NCBI GenBank assembly: GCA_021296535.1
Contig: JAGWAG010000001.1
Coordinates: 94,528 to 158,527 of the forward strand
Reading direction: 5' to 3'
DNA: 64,000 bases
Source: Acidobacteriota bacterium
GTDB lineage: Bacteria > Acidobacteriota > Thermoanaerobaculia > Multivoradales > Multivoraceae
Shown here: in pieces, positions 45,546-56,154 of the stretch
Layout: every line of letters starts with the position of its first letter
Numbering within the stretch: the stretch's first letter is position 1
The notes under the pieces: model-generated
Seen by the model: the letters and a program-made list of their open reading frames with translations, nothing else
Told to the model about the DNA's origin: nothing
Database searches by the model: none
Program-made: the position numbers and the translations under genes

Positions 45546-47023
45546 CAGGGATTCGCCCCCACCGTGGCCGGCGCGGCGTTCGACGTCCCCTCCAGGGCGA
45601 CGACCCGACCCACCAGGTCGTCCGCGAAGGCATCGGTCACCTCGACCTGCGCGAGCCCGCCCGCGACGATGTCGGCCAGCGACAGGTCGTTCGTGCCGTT
45701 GCCTGCGTCGCGGGAGACGACGTCGTTGATCAGCACCCGGCCGTCGACGTCCGGTGCCATGCCCTGGTGCCGGGCACAGAGCAGGTGCTCCGTCTCCTCG
45801 CAGGGACCCTCGATCAACATCGGCAGGGTCCTGCCGACGAAACGCTGGCGTCGCTCCAGGGCGATCTCCCGTTGCAACTCGAGCAACCGCTCCTTGCGCT
45901 CTTCCGCCACCCGCCGCGGTACCTGGTCCGGCAACGCCGCCGACGGCGTATCGCTCTCGCGGCTGTACAAGAACGCCCCGAGGTGGTCGAAGCGAACTTC
46001 GGCAACGAACTGGAGCAGGTCCTCGAAGGCCGCTTCGTCCTCCCCCGGAAAGCCGACGATGAAGGTCGTGCGCAGGCTCACCTCGGGATCGAGTTCGCGC
46101 GCGCGCTCGAAGATCCGCCGGTAGCGGTCGGCGGTTCCGCCCCGGCGCATCGCCCGCAGCATGCGCCCGTCGCTGTGTTGCAGCGGCATGTCGAGGTACG
46201 ACGCGACTCGCGGTTCGGCCGCCATCAGCTCGAGCAGCGCGTCGTCGAGGGTGGTCGGGTACGCATAGAGGAACCGGATCCACTCGGCGTCGGTGCCCGC
46301 GAGAAGCGCCTCCACCAGACGCGCGAGACCGTGCCGGCCGTACCCCAGATCCTCTCCGTACCGGGTCGTGTCCTGAGCCACGAGCACGAGTTCGCGCGCG
46401 CCGCGCGCCACGAGGTTCCGTCCCTCCGCGACCAGGCTGTCCACGGTGCGGCTGCGCAGCCGGCCCCGCCACACCGGAATGGCGCAGAAGGTGCACGGGT
46501 TGTTGCACCCCTCCGCGACCTTGAGGTACGCGTAGCCGCTCGTCGTGAGCAACCGGCTGTCCCGGTGGTCGAACACGAGGTGAGACGCCGAGGGGTCCGC
46601 GGCCGGCGCGCCGCCGAGCCGCACCAGGGAACCCACCTGCCGCAGCGAGTCGAGATCGACGAAGCCGTCGATCTCCGGGATTTCGGCCTGGAGTTCCTGG
46701 CCGTACCGGTTCGCCATGCAGCCCGCGACCAGGACCTTCCGGACCGGCGCGCCGCCGTCTGACTTTCGGGCAGCGGCGTCCAGGATCGCGTCGATCGACT
46801 CCTCCCTGGCCTCGTCGATGAAGCCGCAGGTGTTCACGATGACCGTCTCCGCCTCGTCCAGATCCGCGACCAACCGGTAACCCTGGCGGCCCAGGACGCC
46901 GAGCATGATCTCGCTGTCGACGTGATTCTTGGCGCAACCGAGGCTGACCAGGCCTACCGCGACCCGGCGCCCCGGCCCGCCGGACTGGCCGCCCGGCTCC
47001 GCCCTGCTCCCGGCGTTCGACAC
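45545..47023 (-). CDS. rimO: Ribosomal protein S12 methylthiotransferase
   Basis: SLGCAKN, NTCGFI, AGC, YLKVAEGCNNPCTFC, AQDTTRYG, TRAM-like C-terminus. GTG 47023. Confidence 0.93.
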   Translation of the reverse strand: MSNAGSRAEPGGQSGGPGRRVAVGLVSLGCAKNHVDSEIMLGVLGRQGYRLVADLDEAETVIVNTCGFIDEAREESIDAILDAAARKSDGGAPVRKVLVAGCMANRYGQELQAEIPEIDGFVDLDSLRQVGSLVRLGGAPAADPSASHLVFDHRDSRLLTTSGYAYLKVAEGCNNPCTFCAIPVWRGRLRSRTVDSLVAEGRNLVARGARELVLVAQDTTRYGEDLGYGRHGLARLVEALLAGTDAEWIRFLYAYPTTLDDALLELMAAEPRVASYLDMPLQHSDGRMLRAMRRGGTADRYRRIFERARELDPEVSLRTTFIVGFPGEDEAAFEDLLQFVAEVRFDHLGAFLYSRESDTPSAALPDQVPRRVAEERKERLLELQREIALERRQRFVGRTLPMLIEGPCEETEHLLCARHQGMAPDVDGRVLINDVVSRDAGNGTNDLSLADIVAGGLAQVEVTDAFADDLVGRVVALEGTSNAAPATVGANP

Positions 47024-47031
47024 GGGGCCGG

Positions 47032-48900
47032 CTACGAGGCGGCGGCCGCCGCCCGGCGCTGGCGCGCCGACGGATCGATCGCGGCCAGGAGTTCCTCGCG
47101 GCCGACATGCTGACCCTTCATCACGTCCTGGGCCGTGCTGTACTTCAGCGCGTCGTCGTTGTGCCACAGCTCGTGGAAGAGCTGCTTCACCCGCCGCCGC
47201 GACATGCGGCAGAACAGGTCGCAAAGCGCCGCCGACCGGGCGGCCGAGTCGGTGCCGTTCTGCGCCTCGCCGTGGGCCCGCGAGATCGAAGCGGCCATGG
47301 CGAAGAGTTCGTTGACCACGTCCACGAGCCGGAACAGGAACATTTGGCGACGCTCCATCTTCTCGCGGTAGACGAGCATGCCGTGGAAGCTCTCGCGCGC
47401 CAGCTTGCGCGCCGCGCGATCGATGAAGCGGAGGTGCCGGGCGTGGCGGCCATACCCGACGTAACGCGGCCAACGACCCCACGCCAGCCACCGGGTCGGA
47501 TACCACCAGGCGTAGAAGAGGCCGATCTTCGGCAGCGCCGCCAGCTTGGTGCCGAAGCCGGCACGCTTGTCGATCAGGGCACCCGCGACCTGAAGGTGCT
47601 TGTCCACCGCCTCGCGGGCCATGATCAGGTGCATGATCTCGCTCGAGCCCTCGAAGATGCGGTTGATCCGGAAGTCGCGCATCATTCGCTCGATGCCGAC
47701 CGGGTCCTCGCCGCGGTCGCGCAGCGAGGACTCCGTCTCGTAGCCGCGGCCGCCCCGCACCTGCATCGTCTCGTCGATGATCTGCCAGCCGCGCCAGGTG
47801 TTCCACTCCTTGCAGGCCGCGCTCTCGAGCCGCAGGTCGAGCTTCTTGTTGTTCGACATGTGGCTGGCCAGCTTGACGATCGCCTCCATGGCGAAGCCGT
47901 AGGCCGCGATGTCCGAGATCTTCTGCGCGATCGCCTCGTGCTTGCCGATCGGCACGCCCCACTGAACCCGGCTGCTGCTGAACTCGCGCACCGCCCTCAG
48001 GCAGTACTTGGCGGCGCCGACCGAGCTGTTGGGGATCGACAGGCGCCCGTCATTCAACGTGGTCAGGGCGATCTTGAGACCCTTGCCCTCCTTGCCGATC
48101 AGGTTCTCCTTCGGCACCCTCACGTTGTCGAACTGGATGATTCCATTGGCGAGGGCCCTGAGCCCCATGAAGTGGCAGCGGCGCTCCACCGTGACCCCTT
48201 CCCAGTCCGTTTCCACGACGAAGGAGCTGATCTTCTCCGTCGCGGGGTCCATCGCCATGACCACCAGGAGGCCGGCCTTGGTGCCGTTCGTGCACCACAG
48301 CTTGGTGCCGTTGAGCAGGTAGAAGTCGCCGTCGAGCACTGCCGTAGTCGACAGGCGCGCAGGATCGGAGCCCACCTCGTGCTCGGTCAGGGCGAAGGCG
48401 GAGATTTCGCCGGAGGCGCAGCGCGGCAGGTACTTCCGCTTGAGCTCCTCGGTGCCGAACAGATTGAGCGGCTGCGGTACGCCGATCGACTGGTGAGCCG
48501 ACAGCAGAGCCGTCAGGTTGCCGTCGAAGGCGCCGATCAGCTCCATGACCTGGGCGTACTCGACCTGGTCGAAGCCGAGCCCCCCGTACTCCGTCGGGAT
48601 CTTCATGCCGAAGGCGCCAAGCCTGGCGAGACCGTCGAGCACGTGGTCCGGGTAGTCCTCCGAGGCGTCGATCTCGATCGGATCGACCTCGTCCCGGAGA
48701 AAGTCGCTGAGCGCCGAGTAGAAGGACTCGAACTCCGGGCGCCACTCGTCCCGCGTGGGATAGGGGTTGATCAGGTCGAAGCGGAAGTTGCCAAGGAACA
48801 TCTCCTTCATGAAGGACGGGTTCTTCCACTCCTTCTGGCGGGATGCTTCGGCGACCGCACGGGCCTTCTCTTCGCTCACTCGAACCTGTTGCTGGCTCAT
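47032..48900 (-). CDS. Acyl-CoA dehydrogenase (FadE10 / very-long-chain-like)
   Basis: AHQSIGVPQP, FALTE..GSD, GTKLWCTNG, GGRGYE, RIFEGSSEI. Confidence 0.93.
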   Translation of the reverse strand: MSQQQVRVSEEKARAVAEASRQKEWKNPSFMKEMFLGNFRFDLINPYPTRDEWRPEFESFYSALSDFLRDEVDPIEIDASEDYPDHVLDGLARLGAFGMKIPTEYGGLGFDQVEYAQVMELIGAFDGNLTALLSAHQSIGVPQPLNLFGTEELKRKYLPRCASGEISAFALTEHEVGSDPARLSTTAVLDGDFYLLNGTKLWCTNGTKAGLLVVMAMDPATEKISSFVVETDWEGVTVERRCHFMGLRALANGIIQFDNVRVPKENLIGKEGKGLKIALTTLNDGRLSIPNSSVGAAKYCLRAVREFSSSRVQWGVPIGKHEAIAQKISDIAAYGFAMEAIVKLASHMSNNKKLDLRLESAACKEWNTWRGWQIIDETMQVRGGRGYETESSLRDRGEDPVGIERMMRDFRINRIFEGSSEIMHLIMAREAVDKHLQVAGALIDKRAGFGTKLAALPKIGLFYAWWYPTRWLAWGRWPRYVGYGRHARHLRFIDRAARKLARESFHGMLVYREKMERRQMFLFRLVDVVNELFAMAASISRAHGEAQNGTDSAARSAALCDLFCRMSRRRVKQLFHELWHNDDALKYSTAQDVMKGQHVGREELLAAIDPSARQRRAAAAAS

Positions 48901-49008
48901 CGACGGATCTCCTGTGGCCGACTGGGCTCCTGTTGGATGCAGACTGGCAAGGGTTCGTCCCGACGCGCGGGGACGGGCGCATTGTACCCGGCCGCGACCG
49001 CCACCGCC

Positions 49009-50562
49009 CTACGTGCTTTCCCTCTCGCCCCAGGCGCCGCCGCCCGGTGTTTCGAGCACCAGGAGGTCTCCCGGCTCGACATCGGCCTGATCGACGGAGG
49101 CCAGTTCCCGGACCCCGCCGGAGGCACGCAGGATGCGGGCGCGGCCAACGGTTCCGCTCGCGCCGCCGAGGACGCCGAACGGCCGCTCCACGCGGTGCTG
49201 CCCGAGCACCGACACCTGCTGCCGGGTCAGGAACCGCAACTCGCGCCGAAGACCGTCGCCGCCCGGAAACTTCCCGGCCCCGCCCGAGCCCGGCCGCAGG
49301 CTGAATCGCTCGAGACGCACCGGATAGCGGTGCTCCAGCACTTCAGGGTCGGTGATCCGCGTATTCGTCATGTGCGTGTGGACGCCGCTGGCCCCGGCGA
49401 ACCCGGGACCGGCGCCGGCGCCCCCGCCGACCGTCTCGTAGTAGCCGAAGCCGTCGTCGCCGAACAGCGTGTTGTTCATCGTGCCCTGTCCGCAGGCACA
49501 GAGTCCCAGCGCCCGGATCAGCGTGTCGACCACCCGCTGGCTCGTCTCGACGTTGCCCCCCACGACCGCAGGGCAGCGCTTCGGGTCGGCCGGGAACTCG
49601 GGATTCAGCATGCCGCGCGGAATCTCGATCTCGACCGGTTCGAGCAACCCCTCGTTGAGCTGCAGCGGCACTCCGATGAGCAGCCGCAGAACGTAGATCG
49701 TGGCGCTCCGGACGATCGCCGGCGTCGCGTTCAGGTTGCCCGGGTGGACCGGGGCACTGCCGGTGAAGTCGATTCGCGCCGACCCGCGCTCGATCGTCAC
49801 CTCGACTTCGATCGGCGAACCGTCGTCCAGCCGCTCGAGAGCGTGAAAGGACTGGCGTCCCGCGCTCCGCACGTGTTCCTCGAGGGCGACCTCCATCCGG
49901 TCGGCGGCGCGCGAGTAGAGCGCCGTCATGTAGCGGCGCACTTCGTCCTCGCCGTGATCGGCAGCGAGTTGCCGTAGCGCGGCCACTCCACGCCGGTTGG
50001 CCGCAACCGCCGCGCCGAGATCGGCGAGATTCTCCGCCACCGACCGGGACGGCGACGGCCCGCGGCTCAGCAGCGCCTCCATCCGCTCCCACCGAGGCTC
50101 GCCGGCTTGCACCAGGAGTTGCGGCGCGATGACGACGCCCTCCTCGGCCAGGTTGGCGGCCTTCGGCGGCATCGACCCGGGACGAATGCCGCCCAGTTCG
50201 GCGTGGTGGGCCCGGTTGGCGACGTAGCCGAGCAGCCGGCCGTCGACGTGGGCCGGAGCGATGACGGTGATGTCCGGCAGGTGGGACCCGCCGTAGCCCG
50301 GGTGGTTCGTGACCGCCACATCGCCCGGCCCGAGCTCGAGCTCGGCGGCGAGGCCGCGCACGCACTCGCCAAGGGCGCCCAGGTGGACCGGAATGTGGGG
50401 CGCATTGACCAGCAGACGCCCACCGGCATCGAGCAGGCCGCACGAGAAGTCGAGCCGCTCCTTCACGTTCACCGACATCGCCGTCCGCTGGAGCATCACG
50501 CCCATCTCGGACGCGATCGCAGCGAACCGGTTACTGAACAGCTCAAGCCGGACGGGGTCCAT
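49009..50562 (-). CDS. Hydantoinase B / 5-oxoprolinase C-terminal-type subunit
   Basis: NVKERLDFSC, APHIPVHLG, GGSHLPD, RAHHAELGG, GNVETSQR, QGTMNN, HTHMTNTRITDPE. Confidence 0.92.
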   Translation of the reverse strand: MDPVRLELFSNRFAAIASEMGVMLQRTAMSVNVKERLDFSCGLLDAGGRLLVNAPHIPVHLGALGECVRGLAAELELGPGDVAVTNHPGYGGSHLPDITVIAPAHVDGRLLGYVANRAHHAELGGIRPGSMPPKAANLAEEGVVIAPQLLVQAGEPRWERMEALLSRGPSPSRSVAENLADLGAAVAANRRGVAALRQLAADHGEDEVRRYMTALYSRAADRMEVALEEHVRSAGRQSFHALERLDDGSPIEVEVTIERGSARIDFTGSAPVHPGNLNATPAIVRSATIYVLRLLIGVPLQLNEGLLEPVEIEIPRGMLNPEFPADPKRCPAVVGGNVETSQRVVDTLIRALGLCACGQGTMNNTLFGDDGFGYYETVGGGAGAGPGFAGASGVHTHMTNTRITDPEVLEHRYPVRLERFSLRPGSGGAGKFPGGDGLRRELRFLTRQQVSVLGQHRVERPFGVLGGASGTVGRARILRASGGVRELASVDQADVEPGDLLVLETPGGGAWGEREST

Positions 50563-50638
50563 CGGGCGCAGTCTACGCCGGGGCCTCAGGACTCGCTAAG
50601 GTACCGCTTCCACGTCCTCCGAGACCTCAGGAGCCGCC

Positions 50639-52261
50639 ATGACCGACAGCACGATGATGGACTTCCCGTTGACGATCCGCATGATCTTCGATCACGGCCG
50701 CCGGGTCTACGCGGACAGCCGCGTGATCACCTGCCAGGCGGACGGCGCGCGGGTCGGCACCTATGCCGAGGTCGCGGGCCACGCCGCGCAGCTCGCCCAC
50801 GCGCTGAAGGGCCTCGGCATCAAACCGGGCGACCGCGTCGGTACCTTCGCGTGGAACAACCAGGAGCACATGGAGGCCTACTTCGCCATCCCGTGCATGG
50901 GCGCCGTCCTCCACACCCTGAACATCCGGCTGTTCCCGGAGCAGTTGACCTACGTGACGAACCACGCGGAGGACCGCATAGTACTCGTCGACGATTCCCT
51001 CATCCCGCTGCTGGCCCAGGTCGCCGCCGACCTGACCACCGTGGAGCACTTCATCGTGGTCGGCGACGGCGACGCCTCGCCACTCGCCGCGGGCGGGGCG
51101 GCCATCCACCGGTACGACGACCTTCTCGAAGGCCAGCCGACCACCTTCGACTGGCCCGAGATCGACGAGCGGGCCGCCTGCGCCATGTGCTACACGAGCG
51201 GCACGACCGGGAACCCGAAAGGCGTCGCCTACAGCCACCGGTCCTCCTTCCTGCACGCGCTCGGCGTCGCCTCGGGCGGCGCACTGGGCATCAGCCAGCA
51301 GGACAGCATCCTGGCCATCGTGCCGATGTTCCACGCGAACGCCTGGGGCCTGCCCCACGTCGGCTGGTTCACCGGCGCCGACTTCGTGATGCCCGACCGT
51401 TTCCTGCAGGCCGAGCCCCTGTGCCGGATCATCGCCGAGCACCGGCCGACTCTCTCCGGGGCTGTGCCGACGATCTGGAACGACGTCCTTCGCTACTCGG
51501 AGAACCACGAGGTCGACTTCTCCTCGTTCCGTGCCGTTTTGTGCGGCGGCTCGGCCGTGCCGCGGTCCCTGATCGAAGGGTTCCGCGACCGCTTCGGCGT
51601 CGACATCATCCAGGGCTGGGGCATGACCGAGACCTCGCCCCTCGCGGCGATGGCGATTCCCCCGCGCGGCACGCCCCGGGAGGAAGAGGTCGACTGGCGG
51701 GTAAAGACCGGCCGCATCATCTCCGGCGTCGAGATCCGGATCACGAACGATGCCGGCGAGGTCATGCCCTGGGACGGCACGGCGGTCGGCGAGATCGAGA
51801 TCCGCGGGCCCTGGATCACCGGTTCCTACTACCTCGACGACGACCCCGAGAAGTTCCACGACGGCTGGCTGCGGACCGGCGACGTCGCCTCGATCGACCC
51901 CCACGGCTTCCTCCAGATCACCGACCGGGCCAAGGACGTGATCAAGTCCGGCGGCGAGTGGATCTCCTCCGTCGACCTCGAGAACGAGCTGATGGGCCAC
52001 CCGGCGGTCGCCGAAGCCGCCGTCGTCGGCGTGCCGGACGACCGCTGGGACGAGCGGCCCCTCGCCTGCGTGGTGCTCAGCGACGGCGCTGAGGCGGACC
52101 CCGGCGAACTCAGGAGCTACCTGGCCGACCGCGTCGCCCGCTGGTGGGTCCCCGAGCGCTGGACCTTCATCGACGAGGTCCCGAAGACCAGCGTCGGCAA
52201 GTTCGACAAGAAGGTCCTGCGGGCCCGCTACGGGGAGGGCGAGCTTGACGTTCTGAGCTAA
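50639..52261 (+). CDS. Medium/long-chain fatty-acid--CoA ligase
   Basis: [57 protein letters not shown]. Confidence 0.95.
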   Translation: MTDSTMMDFPLTIRMIFDHGRRVYADSRVITCQADGARVGTYAEVAGHAAQLAHALKGLGIKPGDRVGTFAWNNQEHMEAYFAIPCMGAVLHTLNIRLFPEQLTYVTNHAEDRIVLVDDSLIPLLAQVAADLTTVEHFIVVGDGDASPLAAGGAAIHRYDDLLEGQPTTFDWPEIDERAACAMCYTSGTTGNPKGVAYSHRSSFLHALGVASGGALGISQQDSILAIVPMFHANAWGLPHVGWFTGADFVMPDRFLQAEPLCRIIAEHRPTLSGAVPTIWNDVLRYSENHEVDFSSFRAVLCGGSAVPRSLIEGFRDRFGVDIIQGWGMTETSPLAAMAIPPRGTPREEEVDWRVKTGRIISGVEIRITNDAGEVMPWDGTAVGEIEIRGPWITGSYYLDDDPEKFHDGWLRTGDVASIDPHGFLQITDRAKDVIKSGGEWISSVDLENELMGHPAVAEAAVVGVPDDRWDERPLACVVLSDGAEADPGELRSYLADRVARWWVPERWTFIDEVPKTSVGKFDKKVLRARYGEGELDVLS

Positions 52262-52304
52262 GGGGCACTCGCAGCGAGAGCGCCCCCGTAGGGAACTGGC
52301 CGCC

Positions 52305-52333
52305 GACTGGGTGCGCCGGCGTCCCCGCCGGCT
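52305..52333 (+). repeat. REP-like extragenic palindromic element, copy 2
   Basis: GACTGGGTGC-GCCGGC-gtcccc-GCCGGC-T between convergent genes. Confidence 0.6.
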
Positions 52334-52380
52334 TCTGGGAAAGGCGCGTCGCGAAGCGACGACCATGCTGTGACGCCAGG

Positions 52381-53244
52381 TCAGTCCGACGACACTCCCA
52401 GGTGCTCGTTGAACCAGGCGACCAGTGCGCTCGAGGCGCGCTCGCCGTCCTCGCCGCGGAAACCGTGGGCGGCGCCCTCGATCACGATCAGCTCGGAGGT
52501 CACGCTCGCCTCGTCGAAGGCGGCCTTGATCCGCTCGCTGTTGCTGATCGGCACGAGCGCGTCCTGGTCGCCGTGAATCAGCAGCGTCGGTGGATCGTCC
52601 TCGCTGACGAACAGGACGGGTGAGATAGCGGCAGCTTTCTCCGCGTCGAAATCGAGCGCCGGGAAGCGCTCGTTCGGACCGGTCAACCCCTGCAGGTCGA
52701 CCGGCGGGAAGTAGGCGACGACCGCCGCGACGCGGTTGCCGGTCTGCTCGATCGGATCGTTGCTGCCTGAGTTCCCCTCGTCCGAGGCGTTCCCGAGCAT
52801 CAGGGACAGGTGGCCGCCGGCGCTGCCGCCGGTGACGCCCAGTCGGTCGGCGTCGACGCCGAAGTCGTCCGCGTTGAGCCGGATGTAACGGACCGCGCGG
52901 CGCACGTCCGCGACCGCCTCCGGCACCTTGAACAACGGGGCCGAGCCGTGGCGGACCATGAAGACGGCGTAACCGTTGTCCAGGAGATCGCCGATCGCGC
53001 CGAACCGGCGGCCCTCGCCCGACACGATCCCGTGCGGGTCGGACCAGCGTGAGAACCAACCGCCGCTGACCATGAACAGTACGCCGGCGCCGTTCTGGTC
53101 CGCGGGCACAAGTGCATCGAAGGTCAGGGCCATGCCCATCTTGTGGCCGTAGACCACGTCGGCGTGGACCTTGGCTTCCGAGCCGGCCGACAACGGTGCG
53201 GCAAGCAGGGCGGCGGCGAGCAGGATGGCGAGTACGTGCTTCAT
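52381..53244 (-). CDS. Secreted alpha/beta hydrolase (esterase/lipase-like)
   Basis: Signal peptide; SGGW, GGSAGGHL, HGDQD, AHGF triad. Confidence 0.9.
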   Translation of the reverse strand: MKHVLAILLAAALLAAPLSAGSEAKVHADVVYGHKMGMALTFDALVPADQNGAGVLFMVSGGWFSRWSDPHGIVSGEGRRFGAIGDLLDNGYAVFMVRHGSAPLFKVPEAVADVRRAVRYIRLNADDFGVDADRLGVTGGSAGGHLSLMLGNASDEGNSGSNDPIEQTGNRVAAVVAYFPPVDLQGLTGPNERFPALDFDAEKAAAISPVLFVSEDDPPTLLIHGDQDALVPISNSERIKAAFDEASVTSELIVIEGAAHGFRGEDGERASSALVAWFNEHLGVSSD

Positions 53245-53295
53245 GTTGAGTTCTCCTCTGGCTGCTGCGGTGACTGAACTGTCATTATCCGGCTG

Positions 53296-54972
53296 CTACG
53301 GCCGCGCTCCTCCCGCCGTCTCCTGCGGCGGCACTTCGGGCTTCATCCGTTCGGCGGCAACCATATCCGCCACGTCGGCGAGCAGCTTCTTCGCGTCGAA
53401 GACGATGCCATCCTTGATCGTGTAGCGCACGCCGCCGACGCGCTCGGGGCGGCCGGTGTCGTCGTTGAGGCGGACCGCGCCGGTGCCGTAGAGCACCTTG
53501 AGGTTCGCGACCGGGTTCTCGCCGACGACCAGGAGATCGGCCAGCATGCCTTCGCGCACGATGCCGAACTCCATCTCGGCGCCGCTCGCCCGGGTCAGCT
53601 CCTCGGCGCCGTACATCGTCGCCGAGCGGATCACCTCCAGCGGATGGAAGCCGGCCTCCTGGAGGAGTTCGAGTTCCAGGATCGTGCCGAAGCCGTAGGT
53701 CTGGTAGATGAACCCGGAGTCCGAACCGATCGTGACCCGGCCGCCGCGGTTCTTGTACTCGTTCAGGAACTGCATCCACACCCGGTAGAAGTTCTTCCAC
53801 GCCACCTCGTCCCAGGTCGTCCAGTCGTACCAGTACGAACCGTGGTCCAGGCGGCTGGGAGCGTAGAACTCGGCCAGGGTGGGCAAGGTGTAGTCGGCGT
53901 GCCAGTCCGCGTTGCGCGCCCGCATCACGTCGCGGCCAGCCGAGTAGATCGTCATCGTCGGGTTGACGAAGAAGTCGAGTTCCAGGAACTCGTCGAGCAG
54001 GGCGTTCCAGCGCTCGCCGCCGGGCTCGACCAAGCTCCACTGGCGGGCCACCTGGCCGAAGCGGAACTGCTCGTCCATGTAGTTCATCTCCGCAGGCCAG
54101 GGCTGGACATCGGCGCCGTCATACATCGACTCGAACAGGCCGTAGAAGTGGGTCATCCCGACCAGGCCGAGCCGCGCGGCGTCGAGGGCGTTCATCTGCG
54201 CCACGCCCATCTGGTCGAGGTGGGCGGTCGATCCCATTCCCAGGCTGCCGGCCTCGTCGATCAACGCCGCCATGATCTTCGGCGGATAGGCGCCGAGCTT
54301 CAGTCCCTCAACGCCCTTCTCGTGCGCGTAGCGGACCCACTCCCGCGCATCGGCGGGGGTGCGGATGTCCCGGTCCTTCCACTCCTTGCCGCCGCCGGGA
54401 CGCTGGTAGGAGACGATGCGCGGCGCGGTGATCTCGTTCCTCTCGCTGCGCGCCTTCTCACTCAGGTCCCATTCCAGCGGCCCGGTCGGCACGCCGCGAA
54501 CGGTCGTGATGCCGTGCGCCAGCCAGAGCTTGTAAACGTACTCTGCCGTCGGCGCCTTTGGCACCCCACCGGTGTGGACGTGGAGATCGACCAGGCCCGG
54601 CAGCACGTACGAGCCGCTGAGATCGAGTTCGACATCGGCATCCTTCGGTCGCTTGCTCTCGTCGATCTCGGTGTTGGCCATGCCGAGGCTCTTGATCTCT
54701 TCGATCCGGTTGCCCTCGATCACGATGTCGACCGGCCCCATCGGCGGCGCGCCGGTGCCGTCGACGACGGTCACGCCGCGCAGGATCAGGCGGTCGAAGG
54801 GACCTTGGCCCTCGTCGTCCGGGCGCGGCGGCGCCGGCTCGACGAGCTTCGGCTCTTCCTCTTCCGCGGCCGCGCCAGCGACACCAGGAGCTACGACCCC
54901 CGAAAGCAGAGCCACGAGAGCGACGAAGCTGACCGGAGCGCAGTTCAAGGCATCAAGGATCCGTCTGGACAC
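53296..54972 (-). CDS. Secreted amidohydrolase family protein
   Basis: Signal-like N-terminus; DGTGAP, PGLVDLHVH, IGSD, ADLLVV..NP. Confidence 0.88.
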   Translation of the reverse strand: MSRRILDALNCAPVSFVALVALLSGVVAPGVAGAAAEEEEPKLVEPAPPRPDDEGQGPFDRLILRGVTVVDGTGAPPMGPVDIVIEGNRIEEIKSLGMANTEIDESKRPKDADVELDLSGSYVLPGLVDLHVHTGGVPKAPTAEYVYKLWLAHGITTVRGVPTGPLEWDLSEKARSERNEITAPRIVSYQRPGGGKEWKDRDIRTPADAREWVRYAHEKGVEGLKLGAYPPKIMAALIDEAGSLGMGSTAHLDQMGVAQMNALDAARLGLVGMTHFYGLFESMYDGADVQPWPAEMNYMDEQFRFGQVARQWSLVEPGGERWNALLDEFLELDFFVNPTMTIYSAGRDVMRARNADWHADYTLPTLAEFYAPSRLDHGSYWYDWTTWDEVAWKNFYRVWMQFLNEYKNRGGRVTIGSDSGFIYQTYGFGTILELELLQEAGFHPLEVIRSATMYGAEELTRASGAEMEFGIVREGMLADLLVVGENPVANLKVLYGTGAVRLNDDTGRPERVGGVRYTIKDGIVFDAKKLLADVADMVAAERMKPEVPPQETAGGARP

Positions 54973-55033
54973 GTTCCCCTCCTAAACAGAAAGACCGAGC
55001 GGCCGAAGCTATCGCGCCGCCCCGGTTCGAGAC

Positions 55034-56038
55034 TCACGACAGGGATGGACGATCGCCGGAATCCACGACCGCGCTCAGATAGAGCAGCGCCTGACCGGGC
55101 TGGGGCGCCTGGACGAGGAGGCCGTGGGTGGCGGCAAGCACGTCCCGGCGGCTGATCTGCCCGGCCAGCCTGCGGCCCCGGAGCACCGGCAGCCGGCGGT
55201 ACGGAGTGCTCTTGAAGATACGCGCGATGGTCAGAAGGTCCGTGTCCTCGGAGATCGTGCGCGCCTTGCGGTCCATGAAGGCGGACGCGTCCGTGGAGTC
55301 GAGTTCGAAGTCCCCGGACTCGCCTTCCTCATCCGGCTCCGACAGATCCTCCAGGCCGAGTTCACTGCTGCGCTCGCGCAGAATCGAGCGCCGGCCGTCG
55401 AGAGCCGATGTCAGGTGGTGGGACGCCGCGAGCACGTCCCGGCGGCTGACCTGGCCTACAAGCGTGTCGTCCCGGACCACCGGCAGGCGCCGATACTCCG
55501 TATCGAGAAAGCGCTGGGCGATCTCGAGCAGGGGCTCGGAACCGTCGATCACGCGACCGAAGTCGCTGTTCATGAAGGCGTCGACCGGAGCCGCCGGCAA
55601 CTGGTCATATGCCAGCCCGAGCAGGACGTCCATCGAGAACTTCTCCGAGAAGACCCCCAGCAGCCTGCCGTCGCTGTCGACCACCGGCGCGCCCGAAATC
55701 CGGTTCTTGAGCAGCAGGGCGATCGCGTCGAGAGCCGACATGCCGGCCTTGAGTTTCACGAGGCGTGTCGCCATGAAGTCCTGTGCCCGGGTACGGCGGC
55801 TCCGCGCCAGCCCCCGTTCGTCGGCGGCGCGGGCGGTCACGGTAAGCACGGTGAGGCAGCTCTTCTCCGACAGCATGCCGAGGTAGCGGTGCCGGTCGCC
55901 GATCACCGGCGCGCCCGTGATGCGATGCCGCAGCAGCGCCGCGATGCCGTCGTAGACGTGGGTGCGCGGATGCACCGTGACCAGCTTGGTCACCATGATG
56001 TCCCGCGCGAGTTTCGGCCGGTCGATCGTTCTTTCCAT
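55034..56038 (-). CDS. Four-CBS-domain protein
   Basis: Two GAPV...LG..SEK repeats followed by two YRRLPV...GQ.SRRDVL repeats. Confidence 0.9.
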   Translation of the reverse strand: MERTIDRPKLARDIMVTKLVTVHPRTHVYDGIAALLRHRITGAPVIGDRHRYLGMLSEKSCLTVLTVTARAADERGLARSRRTRAQDFMATRLVKLKAGMSALDAIALLLKNRISGAPVVDSDGRLLGVFSEKFSMDVLLGLAYDQLPAAPVDAFMNSDFGRVIDGSEPLLEIAQRFLDTEYRRLPVVRDDTLVGQVSRRDVLAASHHLTSALDGRRSILRERSSELGLEDLSEPDEEGESGDFELDSTDASAFMDRKARTISEDTDLLTIARIFKSTPYRRLPVLRGRRLAGQISRRDVLAATHGLLVQAPQPGQALLYLSAVVDSGDRPSLS

Positions 56039-56154
56039 CGGAACCCCTGATCGTAGCAGCGGCGGAGCCGGCCTGGAGCCCCCCGCCCAGCCGGGGCTGG
56101 TAGGCTCACCCGTTCCCGCTCATCCCAGTTCACCAGCAAGTCGAGGGAGAACCC

